Assembly: GCA_002719135.1 (NCBI GenBank)
Contig: PBGU01000007.1
Coordinates: 57,731 to 102,067 of the forward strand
Source of the DNA: Gammaproteobacteria bacterium
GTDB lineage: Bacteria; Pseudomonadota; Gammaproteobacteria; Pseudomonadales; Azotimanducaceae
Direction: 5' to 3'
Length of the DNA: 44,337 nucleotides
The position numbers and the translations under genes were made by a program. Below are positions 27,183 to 37,817 of the stretch, piece by piece. Position 1 is the stretch's first letter. The number at the start of each line of letters is the position of its first letter. The notes beneath the pieces are model-generated. The model was not told where the DNA came from and made no database searches. It was given only the letters and a program-made list of their open reading frames with translations.

Positions 27183-29929
27183 TAGCCTCTAGCAATCACG
27201 TCAGAAGTGCCGTTCGGGCGTCGGACAAAGTTCGAATCAACAGATAACTCGATGCGGCCCGTGGGCATCGTGCGTGTCCCGGGTAGACCGTGTACGACAC
27301 CCACGACCCCAGCCGGGATTCGGTCATCGATGAGGACTTCAAGACTGGCATCTAACCCTGGTCCCGAAACCCCTCCACCGCCTTGAACGCCAAGCCTGTT
27401 CGCGTCGGCAATGTTGAGCAACGCGAACGGAGCCGGTATTCGGCTGGCGAGGGGCCATGAAGCATTTGACAGTTCATCACTCCCAAAGATCGCGTGGATC
27501 GGGACGACCAAGAACGCCTCGGTGGCAACAAATGCATCCGGCACGTCTCGAAATTTCGTGGCTCGCGACGCCTCGTCGGAGTCAGACTCGGGCACGACCA
27601 ACAGTGTGCCTGGATCACCACCGAGGAGCGCACCACCCACCTCTTGCTGAAACTTAAAAACCGACTGATTGGAATTCCAGCCCGGCGACCACACGAACGG
27701 AACCGCAGCTCCATCTTGTGTGCCAAGATTTTGTCCCTCCATCGAATAATTGAACGGCGTTTCGTCATCGACCGTCGCTTTCGGTTCATGAACAGATATT
27801 TGGGCTCGCATCGCGGTGCGTCCGCTGTATCGATGCGGTTGGCGTGGAATCCTGGTGCCGCCCTCAACGCGGTAGTCGGACGGTGGGGATATGGTGGCGA
27901 GAGCCGCATGAGTAGCCTTGGCACATTCTTCAATGAGGACGTTAATGTTGGCCCAGCCAGCACCGCTTGAATCGAGCGCATCAGCGATGTCGCTTATCCA
28001 ACGCCATGCCGGCCGAATCTCGTCATCGGGCTCAAACACCTGGTAAAACCTTTGCGCCCGGGTTTCATAGTTGACGTAAGTCCCCGTGCATTCGGCGTAG
28101 GTCGATGCAGGCAACAAGACCGCGGCGTGTTCCGCCGTTTCGTTTTCTAGAATATCCAGCACCAGCATTTTTGACTCGCTGCAAGCAGCGGTTACCCTTT
28201 GTGCATCACCACGTCGGTATAAATCGTTCTCCATTACGATGGCAGGGCTGCCGTCCGTCATGGCGTCCAACGCATCCGCCATCGACAGTCCGCCGCCAAG
28301 CAATGCGACGCCATAACTGTTGGCTTCCATTGGCGATAACAATAACGCAGGGTCCGATCCCTGTGCCTTTAACGCCCACGCCACATTCGCAGCAGCACGT
28401 AACACGTCCGGATCTCCGGTGCCCGTTCCCGATACGATGAGCGGTCGTTTGGCGGATCCTAGGGCCTCGACCACTTGGCGCGAAAAATCGTTCCCGGTAG
28501 TGGATAGTTCAATATCCGCCGCTGCGTAATTCGAATCGATCTCATGCGCAATCGCTGCACCGACGCGAGCGATATCTTGTGGAGCACTGCCGAACGTCGC
28601 CGTCGCGACATCATCGATACGCGTTGCCGCAACCGACGCAATATACAGTGGGCTTAACGCTTGTTGCGCGTGGCCTCGGACACCAGCGTCTTGCCAACCT
28701 GGGATCCCTGCCTCCTCGGCCATTGAGAGGGACTCGCCACGAACCGCTTGCCGCACGGCCAAGGCAATTCGCGGTGCAGTATTCAGCACATCCTCTCCTA
28801 AAATAAGAATCGCATCGGCCGCTTCAACATCGGTAAGTGAAGGGGTACGGGCACTGCCTTCGCGCTGAATGGACAAGGCGAGTTCAATCAACATTGCCTC
28901 GTTATCACTAAGCCCGGTACAAAAACGCTCCTCCCCGACCAATTTCTTCAGCGCGAAATTGGCTTCAAAACTTGCTCGAGGCGAACCGATGCCAATGGCA
29001 TTGGTTTTAGCTAATTTAGCGGCTTCGGCGACCGCGTTTGATGCGCCGCTCGCTTCGAAAATACCGTCGTCAGCTCGGATTCCAGCGCGTCGGATTCGTT
29101 GGTCACTGTTAATAAAGTGCGATCCAAACCGGCCTCGATCACACAGAAAATAGCCGTTTACTTCGCCGTGATATCGATTTTGAACGCGTTTAAGCACGCC
29201 ATACCGCTCACCAGGAAACACGTTGCAGCCAACGGCACAACCGGGGCAGACAGAGGGCGCTGACTGAAGGTCCCATTTGCGCGTGTAGTGCGTCGCAAAA
29301 GGTTTATCGGTAAACACCCCCGTCGGGCAAACCTCGACCAGATTTCCCGAAAATTCACTCTCTAACGGGCCATCTTCAGACCGGCCAAAGTACATCCGAC
29401 TGCGTGAGCCGAACGCCGACAGATCGGTGCCACCAGCGTAATCGCGGTAATAGCGTACGCACCGGAAGCAGGTAATACAGCGATTCATTTCGTGGCCGAT
29501 GAACGGTCCGAGATTCTGGTTCTCCCAGGTCCTCTTGGTACCGCGGTATTTGCGCACGGAGTGTCCTGTCATCACGGTCATATCTTGTAAATGACATTCG
29601 CCCCCTTCCTCACAAACCGGACAATCGTGCGGGTGATTTTCCATCAACCACTCGATGACCGATTCGCGAAAATCAGTTGCCTGCGGGGCCTCGATGGAGA
29701 TCCGCATTCCGTCAACCACGTCGGTCATGCACGCCATACCGAGTCGACCTCGTTCGTCGTCCTCATCCGCGTATTGAATGACGGCGCACTGTCGGCACGC
29801 GCCGACCGAGCCCATCGCCGGATGCCAGCAAAAATAAGGAAGATTTAGCTGCTGCGACAGCACCGCATGAAGCAGATTTTGGCCTTCTTTAACCTCGTAT
29901 TGCTGCCCATCGACGTTAATCGTTGCCAC
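27182..29929 (-). CDS. nuoG: NADH-quinone oxidoreductase subunit G
   Basis: ATINVDGQQYEV...YFCWHPAMGSVGACRQCAV...HPHDCPVCEEGGECHLQD...CITCFRCVRY is collinear with E. coli NuoG. The GTG at 29929 (VATINVDG) overlaps the nuoF stop by 1 nt and is preferred over the ATG at 29956. Confidence 0.93.
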   Translation of the reverse strand: MATINVDGQQYEVKEGQNLLHAVLSQQLNLPYFCWHPAMGSVGACRQCAVIQYADEDDERGRLGMACMTDVVDGMRISIEAPQATDFRESVIEWLMENHPHDCPVCEEGGECHLQDMTVMTGHSVRKYRGTKRTWENQNLGPFIGHEMNRCITCFRCVRYYRDYAGGTDLSAFGSRSRMYFGRSEDGPLESEFSGNLVEVCPTGVFTDKPFATHYTRKWDLQSAPSVCPGCAVGCNVFPGERYGVLKRVQNRYHGEVNGYFLCDRGRFGSHFINSDQRIRRAGIRADDGIFEASGASNAVAEAAKLAKTNAIGIGSPRASFEANFALKKLVGEERFCTGLSDNEAMLIELALSIQREGSARTPSLTDVEAADAILILGEDVLNTAPRIALAVRQAVRGESLSMAEEAGIPGWQDAGVRGHAQQALSPLYIASVAATRIDDVATATFGSAPQDIARVGAAIAHEIDSNYAAADIELSTTGNDFSRQVVEALGSAKRPLIVSGTGTGDPDVLRAAANVAWALKAQGSDPALLLSPMEANSYGVALLGGGLSMADALDAMTDGSPAIVMENDLYRRGDAQRVTAACSESKMLVLDILENETAEHAAVLLPASTYAECTGTYVNYETRAQRFYQVFEPDDEIRPAWRWISDIADALDSSGAGWANINVLIEECAKATHAALATISPPSDYRVEGGTRIPRQPHRYSGRTAMRAQISVHEPKATVDDETPFNYSMEGQNLGTQDGAAVPFVWSPGWNSNQSVFKFQQEVGGALLGGDPGTLLVVPESDSDEASRATKFRDVPDAFVATEAFLVVPIHAIFGSDELSNASWPLASRIPAPFALLNIADANRLGVQGGGGVSGPGLDASLEVLIDDRIPAGVVGVVHGLPGTRTMPTGRIELSVDSNFVRRPNGTSDVIARG

Positions 29930-31233
29930 TACAAACGTCTCCCGTGATAAGGACACTTGCCAGTTCGAATGTGCTCGTCGAAGTCCTCTCGAAAATACTT
30001 TAGGGCCGATTGCAGCGGTTCAATCGCGCCAGTCGCGTGCAAACAAAACGTATTTCCCGGCGCGCCGATAAATTGCGCATTGCGATCAAGTACTTCTAGA
30101 TCCCCCTCTTGACCGCGACCTTCCTCGATATCCAGAAGCAGTGCTTCAATCCACGGTAAGCCTTCACGGCACGGCGTACAAAAACCACAAGATTCCTGTG
30201 CGAAAAAGTGTTGCAAGTTACGCGACATATCCACCGGACAAATGGAGTTGTCCATGAGAATCATGGTACCCGTACCCATCCGACTGCCGGCCGCTTGAAT
30301 GGTGCCGTAATCCATTGCTAAGTCGAAATGTTCCTCCACCAAAAAGTCCGTCGACGCACCGCCCGGGAGAATCCCCTTGAGCTCGAACCCTTCGCGCATA
30401 CCACCGGCATGCCGCTCAACCAGTTCTCGAATCGGGGTGCCAATCGGTAATTCCCATAGTCCCGGACGGTTGACCCGGCCAGAAATTCCATAAATTTTGG
30501 TGCCTGCATCTTCCGTCAGACCCAGGCCTTGATACCATTCAACGCCATTACGCACGATCCCTGGGACGTTACAAAACGTCTCAACGTTGTTAACGATGGT
30601 CGGTCTTCCCCAGGCACCGCTTGCCGGTGGAAAGGGAGGTTTGGTTCGGGGTTGTGCACGTTTGCCCTCGAGTGCGTTCAGCAACGCCGTTTCTTCTCCG
30701 CAAATGTAGCGTCCACCCGAACTGTGAATACGTAAATCAAGATTGAAATCGGTCCCAAAAATACCACGCCCTAAAAAACCCCTTGCCGTCGCGTCTGCAA
30801 GTGCCTCGACGAGACGCCGATAGGGTTGATGGTATTCGCCGCGTAGAAAAATATAGGCCTTCTCTGCTTGAATCGCGTACGCGCCAATGATCATTCCTTC
30901 GATCAAAACGTGCGGATTGTTCTCTAGGAGAAACCGGTCCTTGAAGGTACCCGGTTCCATTTCATCTGCGTTGCAGACGAGGTATTTGGCGCCTTCGCCC
31001 GCCGCATCCCCCTGAGGGACAAAACTCCATTTCAAGCCTGTGGGAAAACCAGCGCCACCTCGACCCCTTAGATTCGAGTCCTTCACTAGATTGACGATTT
31101 CTTCGGGACTCATCGAGGTTAGCGCTTTTCGAGCCGCCCCATATCCCTGCCCGGCCTCGTACGCATTCAGGTCGACGAACCCCCCAACTTCTTCGACTCG
31201 CCCTAGCAAGGGTTTGGTATCCATTAGTGACAC
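29929..31233 (-). CDS. nuoF: NADH-quinone oxidoreductase subunit F (FMN/NADH-binding)
   Basis: GRGGAGFPTGLKW, CNADEMEPGTFKDR, GGRYICGEETALLNALEG and ESCGFCTPCREG. The start is the GTG at 31233 or the ATG at 31224. Confidence 0.95.
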   Translation of the reverse strand: MSLMDTKPLLGRVEEVGGFVDLNAYEAGQGYGAARKALTSMSPEEIVNLVKDSNLRGRGGAGFPTGLKWSFVPQGDAAGEGAKYLVCNADEMEPGTFKDRFLLENNPHVLIEGMIIGAYAIQAEKAYIFLRGEYHQPYRRLVEALADATARGFLGRGIFGTDFNLDLRIHSSGGRYICGEETALLNALEGKRAQPRTKPPFPPASGAWGRPTIVNNVETFCNVPGIVRNGVEWYQGLGLTEDAGTKIYGISGRVNRPGLWELPIGTPIRELVERHAGGMREGFELKGILPGGASTDFLVEEHFDLAMDYGTIQAAGSRMGTGTMILMDNSICPVDMSRNLQHFFAQESCGFCTPCREGLPWIEALLLDIEEGRGQEGDLEVLDRNAQFIGAPGNTFCLHATGAIEPLQSALKYFREDFDEHIRTGKCPYHGRRL

Positions 31234-31721
31234 TATTCGAATCTCCCGAAAATCTCTCCGAGACGCTCAGCAGTCACGTTTTCGATAAGCTCATCATCAA
31301 TCATCATCGTCGGCGCCTTGTCGCAAGCCCCGAGACAGACGATCGGCAGTAGGGTGAACCGATCATCGTCGGTCGTTCCCCCGAACGCGATGCCGAGGTG
31401 CTCCTCGATCGCCTTACCGAGCCCATCGGCACCCATCACATAACAAGAGACGCTGTCACACACCATCACGACGTGGCGACCAACGGGTTGGCGGAAAATC
31501 AAGTTGTAGAATGTGGCGATGCTATCCAGCGCGTCCGAAGACATCCCCAACAGTCGGGCGATGGCGCGAAGGCTCGTATCAGATACCCAGCCACGGTGCT
31601 TCTGGACAATCATCAACGCATCGATCGCCGCCGATTCGCGGTCTGGAAGATGTGCGATCTCTGCTTCGATTTCAGCGATTTCTTCACCCGATAACACGTG
31701 TACCAGCTCGGCTGCACTCAT
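31233..31721 (-). CDS. nuoE: NADH-quinone oxidoreductase subunit E ([2Fe-2S])
   Basis: 162 aa. Cysteines in [11 protein letters not shown] and [14 protein letters not shown]. The ATG overlaps the nuoCD stop (ATGA). Confidence 0.93.
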   Translation of the reverse strand: MSAAELVHVLSGEEIAEIEAEIAHLPDRESAAIDALMIVQKHRGWVSDTSLRAIARLLGMSSDALDSIATFYNLIFRQPVGRHVVMVCDSVSCYVMGADGLGKAIEEHLGIAFGGTTDDDRFTLLPIVCLGACDKAPTMMIDDELIENVTAERLGEIFGRFE

Positions 31722-33493
31722 CGGTCGACGTCCGCCATGACGAAATCGATGCTGGCAACGATGGCGATCAGATCCGACACCATAAATCCATTGCTAATCA
31801 CTGGAATCTGCTGAAGCGCTGGGAACGACGGTGACCGAATGCGCGTGCGATACGACATGGTGCCCCCATCCGATATTGAGTAATACGAATTCCAACCCGT
31901 CCTCGCCTCGACAATGGTCGACGATTCGCCCGGTGGAATCACAGGTCCCCAACTGACATTTAGGAAGTGATGAATCAACGTCTCGATATCCTGCATCGTG
32001 CGCTCCTTAGCAGGAGGCGTCGCCAGCCGGTGATCCGCTTTGTACGGTCCGGAAGGCATGTTTTCGGCGCACTGTCGAATAATCTTTAAACTTTCCCGAA
32101 TCTCGTCCACGCGGACACGGCACCGATCGTACGTATCGCCATTGCTCGCCATCGGGATCTCGAAATCGAACTGATCGTACATGCTATACGGCCGCTTCTT
32201 GCGCAGATCCCAGTCGCTACCGGTGGCACGTAGCGACGGGCCGGTGATGCCCCACTCAAGTCCCTCCGCGGTGTTGTATGCACCAATACCTTTGGTCCGG
32301 CGTTGCAAGATACCGTTTTGCATCGCCATTTTTTCGTAATGATCGAGCCGCTTCGGCAGGTAATCGCAAAAATCCAGCACCATGGCATCCCAACCGTCGG
32401 GAAGATCTTGGCAAACGCCGCCGATTCGGAACCAGCTAGGATGCATGCGACCGCCAGTAATCGCTTCAATGATTGAGAACAGGCGTTCACGGTCGGCAAA
32501 CATATAAAACACCGGCGACATCTGCCCAACGTCCTGCGCGAACGTCCCATAGAAGAGCAAATGGCTGGCAATCCGAAACAGCTCCACCAGCATCACGCGA
32601 ATGACCTGGGCGCGCTCCGGCACTTTCATACCGGCCATGTTTTCAACATTCATGACGTACGGAAAGTTGTTGATTACCCCACCCAGGTAATCAACGCGAT
32701 CGGTGTAGGGAATGTACGTGTGCCAGGACTGACGTTCGGACATTTTTTCCTGCGCTCGGTGGTGGTAGCCGATATCGGGGACCGCTTGCACGATGACCTC
32801 GCCATCAAGCTGTAACGCAATCCGAAACACACCATGCACGCTTGGGTGATTCGGACCTAAATTGAGGAACATGAAGTCGGTATGTTTCGCGTCCGTTTTC
32901 ATCCCCCATTCTTCGGGAACAAATTTCAGCGCATCTTGCTGTGCTTTTTGGAATTCTGGCGTCATCTTGAACGGGTCCATCTCGGTCGCCCGGGCAGGAT
33001 GTTCTTTTCGCAGCGGGTGCCCTTCCCAAAGAGGTGGCGTCAGAATTCGACGCAAGTTTGGGTGATCCTCAAAGTCGATCCCAAACATGTCGAACGCCTC
33101 ACGTTCATACCAATTGGCCACCGGATAGATCGACGAAACACTCTTAATGCGGTTATCTGCTTCGGACAGCGGGACCTTAATTCTTATGTCGTTATTTCCC
33201 GACAGTGAAATCAGGTGATAAAACACGGTGAAGTCGGAATCCGGTTGATCTACCCGGTGCTGCCTTGTCCGCTCGTCAATCGCGGAGACGTCAAACAGCA
33301 ATTCGTACGGTGCGCTCACCTCGTCCTTCAGATATCGGAGGACCGATTGGATCTCTTCCCGAGGAACCCAAATCGTGGGTATCTTGTCTGCCGTTTCTTG
33401 AACCACACAGCGTTCGGCACCCACCTTGGTGGTGAGATCGTCGACCACCGTCGACGCAGCGATCTCTGTTGTTGATTCAGCTACTTCAGACAC
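31718..33493 (-). CDS. nuoC: NADH-quinone oxidoreductase fused subunit C/D
   Basis: A single 591-aa ORF. The NuoC part ([17 protein letters not shown]) runs straight into the NuoD part ([25 protein letters not shown]-terminal DFVMADVDR). The start is GTG. Confidence 0.95.
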   Translation of the reverse strand: MSEVAESTTEIAASTVVDDLTTKVGAERCVVQETADKIPTIWVPREEIQSVLRYLKDEVSAPYELLFDVSAIDERTRQHRVDQPDSDFTVFYHLISLSGNNDIRIKVPLSEADNRIKSVSSIYPVANWYEREAFDMFGIDFEDHPNLRRILTPPLWEGHPLRKEHPARATEMDPFKMTPEFQKAQQDALKFVPEEWGMKTDAKHTDFMFLNLGPNHPSVHGVFRIALQLDGEVIVQAVPDIGYHHRAQEKMSERQSWHTYIPYTDRVDYLGGVINNFPYVMNVENMAGMKVPERAQVIRVMLVELFRIASHLLFYGTFAQDVGQMSPVFYMFADRERLFSIIEAITGGRMHPSWFRIGGVCQDLPDGWDAMVLDFCDYLPKRLDHYEKMAMQNGILQRRTKGIGAYNTAEGLEWGITGPSLRATGSDWDLRKKRPYSMYDQFDFEIPMASNGDTYDRCRVRVDEIRESLKIIRQCAENMPSGPYKADHRLATPPAKERTMQDIETLIHHFLNVSWGPVIPPGESSTIVEARTGWNSYYSISDGGTMSYRTRIRSPSFPALQQIPVISNGFMVSDLIAIVASIDFVMADVDR

Positions 33494-33496
33494 TTC

Positions 33497-34183
33497 TTAG
33501 CTACCGCGCTTCTTCCCCAATAAGTCCGTCGTCAGCGGGGCGTCCCCGACGGTCGTCGGCTCCGCAAGATCCGTCGCTTTCATACGCTCGGGCGTGTGTT
33601 TGTCTCGTTGACTGGGGTCGTACTTCGCCACGCTGCCATCGTTTCCCATCATCCATGACAACGGTCGTTCGGTGTTTTTCACGGACTCTTGCAGCAAGGT
33701 CAAACCCTGCATAAATGCCTCCGGACGAGGTGGGCAACCGGGTACATAGACGTCTACTGGTAGAAATTTATCGGATCCTTGAACGACGCTGTAGACATCG
33801 AACATGCCGCCCGAGTTAGCGCACGAGCCCATTGAAATCACCCAGCGGGGTTCCAACAACTGTTCGTATAGGTGTTGGAGCACCGGTGCCATTTTCCGGA
33901 ACACGGTGCCCGAAACCACAATCAAGTCAGCTTGGCGAGGGGTAGCCCGTATCACCTCCGCGCCGAACCGCGAGATGTCGTGTCGTGACGTAAAACTAGT
34001 CGCCATTTCGACGTAACAGCACGACAGACCAAAATTGAATGGCCAGATGGAGTTGGACCGTCCCCAGGCCACCAGATCTTCAAGTTTAGCGGTCAAAAAC
34101 CCCTTCGCAGCATCTTCGATGTAGGCATCTTCGACCGGTTTCATCGACGCACCAGGCTCCGTTTTTATCAATCGCCACTGCAC
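33497..34183 (-). CDS. nuoB: NADH-quinone oxidoreductase subunit B
   Basis: [29 protein letters not shown] and [12 protein letters not shown]. The GTG start overlaps the nuoA stop by 1 nt. The ATG at 34144 is an alternative. Confidence 0.93.
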   Translation of the reverse strand: MQWRLIKTEPGASMKPVEDAYIEDAAKGFLTAKLEDLVAWGRSNSIWPFNFGLSCCYVEMATSFTSRHDISRFGAEVIRATPRQADLIVVSGTVFRKMAPVLQHLYEQLLEPRWVISMGSCANSGGMFDVYSVVQGSDKFLPVDVYVPGCPPRPEAFMQGLTLLQESVKNTERPLSWMMGNDGSVAKYDPSQRDKHTPERMKATDLAEPTTVGDAPLTTDLLGKKRGS

Positions 34184-34611
34184 TAGCCATTCTCCACGAC
34201 GGCATATTTCGAAGGTTCGGAATGGCGCGATTTACGCCCCCAGTCGAGCGCGCCAGATTTCAATTCATACACCAGTGCCACCAACAAGATGCCAATGAAT
34301 ATTGCGACTCCTGCGTAGCCTGCCCAGCCGACTTCTTCAAAAGCGACGGCCCAGGCAACAATAAAGATCGTCTCAAGATCGAAGATGACAAAAAAAATAG
34401 CGACCAAGTAGAACTCGATCGACAAACGCATGTTTTCCGCCTCGCCCACCGACACGATGCCGGATTCATACGGGACGTCCTGGGCCCCACCGTGTCGAGC
34501 CTTTGATCCAAAAAACCAGGAAACTATCAGTGTTGCGGCTAGAACAACGCCTACTACTAACGTGTAAATAACGAACGGCCAAATATCGCTCGTCGTCTCT
34601 TCAACACCCAT
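34183..34611 (-). CDS. nuoA: NADH-quinone oxidoreductase subunit A
   Basis: [10 protein letters not shown]...[17 protein letters not shown] is typical of NuoA. ATG at 34611 is preferred over the TTG at 34635. Confidence 0.9.
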   Translation of the reverse strand: MGVEETTSDIWPFVIYTLVVGVVLAATLIVSWFFGSKARHGGAQDVPYESGIVSVGEAENMRLSIEFYLVAIFFVIFDLETIFIVAWAVAFEEVGWAGYAGVAIFIGILLVALVYELKSGALDWGRKSRHSEPSKYAVVENG

Positions 34612-34800
34612 GAACTCCGCATCCCCCAGGAGCAAAAAAAGCGCGGTCTCGAGCCGGCGTCACAATACAGTCCGCACCCTGTGACGGCAAGTTCTGAGGT
34701 GTCATTTCGGTGTCCCTGGTGGCTCGGTATTTACGGTAAACCTGAAAAAAAGTGGTGCGGCGGGTAGGCTATCTCAACTGATTTGAAGGAGTTCACGATC

Positions 34801-35154
34801 ATGAATTTAGAAGGCGGATGTTTTTGCGGATCGATCCGGTACCGCATTACGGAAGGCAGCTACCCGTCGGCAAACTGCCATTGCACGATGTGTCGGCGCA
34901 CGTCCGCCGCCGCGTATGTCTCTTGGATTGTGGTGCCAACAAAGGACTTCGACTACGTTCAAGGCGAGCCCGAAGTTCTCCAATCTTCCTCACACGGAAC
35001 GCGTTATTTTTGTGGTAGTTGCGGTACGCCGGTCGCCTGTGTACTCGCCGAACACCCGGATGTAATCGATGTAACGATCTGTAGCCTCGACGACCCCGGA
35101 CAACATCCTCCACAAAGCGACGTTCACACCGATACACGACTGTCATGGGTTTAG
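34801..35154 (+). CDS. GFA/CENP-V family (glutathione-dependent formaldehyde-activating-like) zinc protein
   Basis: ATG at 34801, preceded by GAAGGAG (34786-34792). Motifs GGCFCGSIRY, CHCTMCRR and FCGSCGTP are the Cys pattern of the GFA fold. Confidence 0.8.
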   Translation: MNLEGGCFCGSIRYRITEGSYPSANCHCTMCRRTSAAAYVSWIVVPTKDFDYVQGEPEVLQSSSHGTRYFCGSCGTPVACVLAEHPDVIDVTICSLDDPGQHPPQSDVHTDTRLSWV

Positions 35155-35555
35155 TGGACGATTCGCCGTCCGCTGCAATCGGCGACCGACCCACGGCTAT
35201 CCGGGTGGCATCAGGATTGCTCGCGTTCAACGCCGTGGTCCTCATCTTTTCGTGGGTTGTTGAACCTAGCCTTGTTGACAACCACGGCGGTGAAATTTTT
35301 TTCATCGCACTCTGGAGCTGCCTAGCCTACGCAACCTTTAATGCATGGGGTTGGGTGCGGGCAACCATTACGGGCATTTGGGTCGCCTACGCTTGGGGTC
35401 TTCTTAATACAGGAAATGTCCTCGGCAGCATCGCAACGACAACCCTCGCCGACCTCCTGACCAAAACACTAGCGTTGATCGCCTTCACACTTTTATGGCT
35501 ACCGGCCGCGAGAACCTGGTATGTACAGCGGATACAAGAACGGGCAAAGAACTGA
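35145..35555 (+). CDS. Hypothetical 4-TM membrane protein
   Basis: 136-aa ORF with four clear hydrophobic segments. It overlaps the GFA gene 3' end (ATG at 35145, or GTG at 35154 in a TAGTG junction). No family recognised. Confidence 0.5.
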   Translation: MGLVDDSPSAAIGDRPTAIRVASGLLAFNAVVLIFSWVVEPSLVDNHGGEIFFIALWSCLAYATFNAWGWVRATITGIWVAYAWGLLNTGNVLGSIATTTLADLLTKTLALIAFTLLWLPAARTWYVQRIQERAKN

Positions 35556-35640
35556 TGGGTATGGCATTAAATACCCGAGGTCTCGGCCCCGATCGTCTCG
35601 ACGCGAGCCTTCGCATCCACGCCGTGAATTCGGCGCAGCA

Positions 35641-36093
35641 ATGAAGCCGCGCGCTGTCGAGTGGCTTGATCTCAATCGCCTCAACTACGTCTACCTTACG
35701 GCCATTCGAGAGCCGAAGGACAACGTTCTCGAGCTGGTTATCGAACAAGCACCCGCCGCCGACTTTAGAGAGGAACTCGAGGGGTTGGGGATGAGCCCAG
35801 ATGATCCGGTCGACCTAGATCCATTACTTGAGACATATCGAATCGAATTTCCCAATTACGTCGCGTACGCAATACGCGACGAATCGTTCGCGCGTAACGA
35901 CACGTCCGAAGACTACCTAGGAACCCTGGCTCGACTCTATCGCCAGTCGAATTTTCTGGACTACGTCGATTCCACCAGCACCGGGTTGCGGACGAACGAC
36001 AGGCTTCAGCATTACAGCCTTCTTTGTCTCGAACACGTAGTCGAAGTGGTATCGATGGGCAAGCCCAACCTAACCTTGCTGGAACCTCAGTAA
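35641..36093 (+). CDS. Hypothetical acidic cytoplasmic protein
   Basis: Track ORF 35521..36093. The first 40 codons are Arg/Pro/Ser-rich and overlap the preceding gene, so the ATG at 35641 (MKPRAVEWLDL) is preferred. It is visibly Asp/Glu-rich. No family recognised and no obvious Shine-Dalgarno. Confidence 0.45.
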   Translation: MKPRAVEWLDLNRLNYVYLTAIREPKDNVLELVIEQAPAADFREELEGLGMSPDDPVDLDPLLETYRIEFPNYVAYAIRDESFARNDTSEDYLGTLARLYRQSNFLDYVDSTSTGLRTNDRLQHYSLLCLEHVVEVVSMGKPNLTLLEPQ

Positions 36094-36133
36094 GCCCAAC
36101 GAGCGAGTGGTTACGCCATCTGACCCCGTCGTT

Positions 36134-36520
36134 CTATTGACGGACCGATAGCTGCAGCAGGATCCCGTGAGTCGATTTTGGATGCACAAATACCTGCGGG
36201 CCACCCTCGCCAATCAGCCTCGCTCCGCCCTCTTTCATGGCCTCGCAAGTCGCGTCTAAATCATCGACCTCGAGAGCGATGGTATGCATGCCTTCGCCTC
36301 GACCTTCGAGCGCCTTGCCCACCGCCGAATCGGCACTGGTTGGTGCAACAATCTCAATGAACCCGCCATTGGGCATGTTGAAGAACGCTTGCTTTATCCC
36401 CAACGCTTCGCTTTCGGCTGTTCGATCAAGTGTCAAACCCAGTCGATCGCGATACGTCGCAATGCCTTCATCTATGTCGTTGACGCGCACCACGAGGTGA
36501 TCGAACCCTGTTAATGCCAT
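36134..36520 (-). CDS. VOC (glyoxalase/bleomycin-resistance/dioxygenase) family protein, methylmalonyl-CoA-epimerase-like
   Basis: 128 aa. FDHLVVRVNDIDEGIATY....GFIEIVAP....MHTIALEVDDLD...HPKSTHGILLQL is the paired beta-alpha-beta-beta-beta pattern with His/Glu metal ligands. Confidence 0.8.
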   Translation of the reverse strand: MALTGFDHLVVRVNDIDEGIATYRDRLGLTLDRTAESEALGIKQAFFNMPNGGFIEIVAPTSADSAVGKALEGRGEGMHTIALEVDDLDATCEAMKEGGARLIGEGGPQVFVHPKSTHGILLQLSVRQ

Positions 36521-36705
36521 GATTTCCCCCTATCGAAATTGAATGCACGATCATAGCACCGCCATTATTTGAGCCCCAGCAAGGGATCTCGACGGATTAC
36601 ATTGGGCGCCGATACCTATAAAAGGGCTTAGGCGATAGAATCAACCTGCAATATCGATCGCCGCTTGCAGCACAAATGCCGGACCAAAAAAGGTTTTTCT
36701 AGAAC

Positions 36706-37803
36706 ATGATCGAACCTGTATCGATTGGACTTATCGGCTGCGGGGTGATCAGCCCCGCGTACCTAAAAGCGGCATCGACTTTCAACGTCCTTAACTTCGC
36801 AGCGTGCGCTGATATCGATGCTGAGGCATCCGCAAGATGCAGCGAAAACTTTGATATCCCTTCAATGACGGTCAACGAACTCTTGGCCCGTGACGACATT
36901 GAGGTCATCCTCAACTTGACCATTCCCAGCGCCCACGCCAACGTCAACTTGGCGGCCCTCCAATCCGGCAAACACGCCTATTGCGAAAAACCTTTTGCTT
37001 TGAACACCGTCGAAGGAAAACGCGTGATTGAAACAGCTCACGAGCGCGCACTGAGAGTTGGATGCGCACCCGACACGTTCCTAGGGGGAGGCCATCAAAC
37101 GGTGCGCAATGCCCTTGATGAAGGCACCGTCGGGATGCCGATTGCCGGCACGGCCTTCATGATGAATCACGGCCACGAATCATGGCATCCCAACCCCGCG
37201 TTCTATTACCAGGAGGGTGGCGGTCCTCTGTTCGACATGGGTCCGTACTACTTGACTGCCCTGGTTAACGCATTGGGGCCGGTACGTCGCGTGGCTGCGC
37301 TGACAGCCAGAGCCTTCGACACCCGCACCATTGGATCCGAACCTCGCCGTGGCGAACAAATCGACGTCGAGGTCGATACCCACACGGCGGGGACACTTGA
37401 GTTTATGAACGGCGCGATCGTGACCGTGGTTATGAGTTTCGACGTATGGTTGCACTCAAATCGTTTTATCGAAATTCACGGTACCAACGCCAGTCTATCG
37501 TCGCCCGATCCCAACGGTTTCGGTGGAAGCGTTCGCGTGTCCCGAACGGACCGCACATGGGACGAACTGCCGCTGACCCACGGCTATCTGGAGAATATGC
37601 GAAGTATCGGTCTTGCTGACATGTGTGTCGGTATTCGAACCGGTCGATCACACCGTTGCAGCGGCGAACTCGCTTACCACGTCCTGGAGATCATGGAGGC
37701 GTTCGGGCATTCGTCCGCAACGGGCGAACACATTGAACTAACAACAACACCCGATAGGCCAGACCCGCTACCGACCGGACTGGCAATCGGCGAACTCGAT
37801 TAA
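36706..37803 (+). CDS. Gfo/Idh/MocA family NAD(P)-dependent oxidoreductase (ThuB-like)
   Basis: N-terminal Rossmann motif [10 protein letters not shown], the EKP motif (YCEKPFA) and a typical C-terminal alpha/beta domain. Confidence 0.85.
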   Translation: MIEPVSIGLIGCGVISPAYLKAASTFNVLNFAACADIDAEASARCSENFDIPSMTVNELLARDDIEVILNLTIPSAHANVNLAALQSGKHAYCEKPFALNTVEGKRVIETAHERALRVGCAPDTFLGGGHQTVRNALDEGTVGMPIAGTAFMMNHGHESWHPNPAFYYQEGGGPLFDMGPYYLTALVNALGPVRRVAALTARAFDTRTIGSEPRRGEQIDVEVDTHTAGTLEFMNGAIVTVVMSFDVWLHSNRFIEIHGTNASLSSPDPNGFGGSVRVSRTDRTWDELPLTHGYLENMRSIGLADMCVGIRTGRSHRCSGELAYHVLEIMEAFGHSSATGEHIELTTTPDRPDPLPTGLAIGELD

Positions 37804-37817
37804 AGGGGCTAACGCGT

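Noticed and set aside
34658-34686. TCACA/TGTGA pentamers upstream of nuoA, considered as a CRP/FNR-type site.
   Set aside because: The orientation and 15-nt spacing do not match TGTGA-N6-TCACA or TTGAT-N4-ATCAA. It is kept only as a generic inverted repeat.
35556-35640. Short stems (GGTAT-N7-ATACC and CGAG-gt-CTCG) between the two orphan genes, considered as a terminator or ncRNA.
   Set aside because: The stems are only 4-5 bp, with no T tract and no conservation information. They are indistinguishable from chance.
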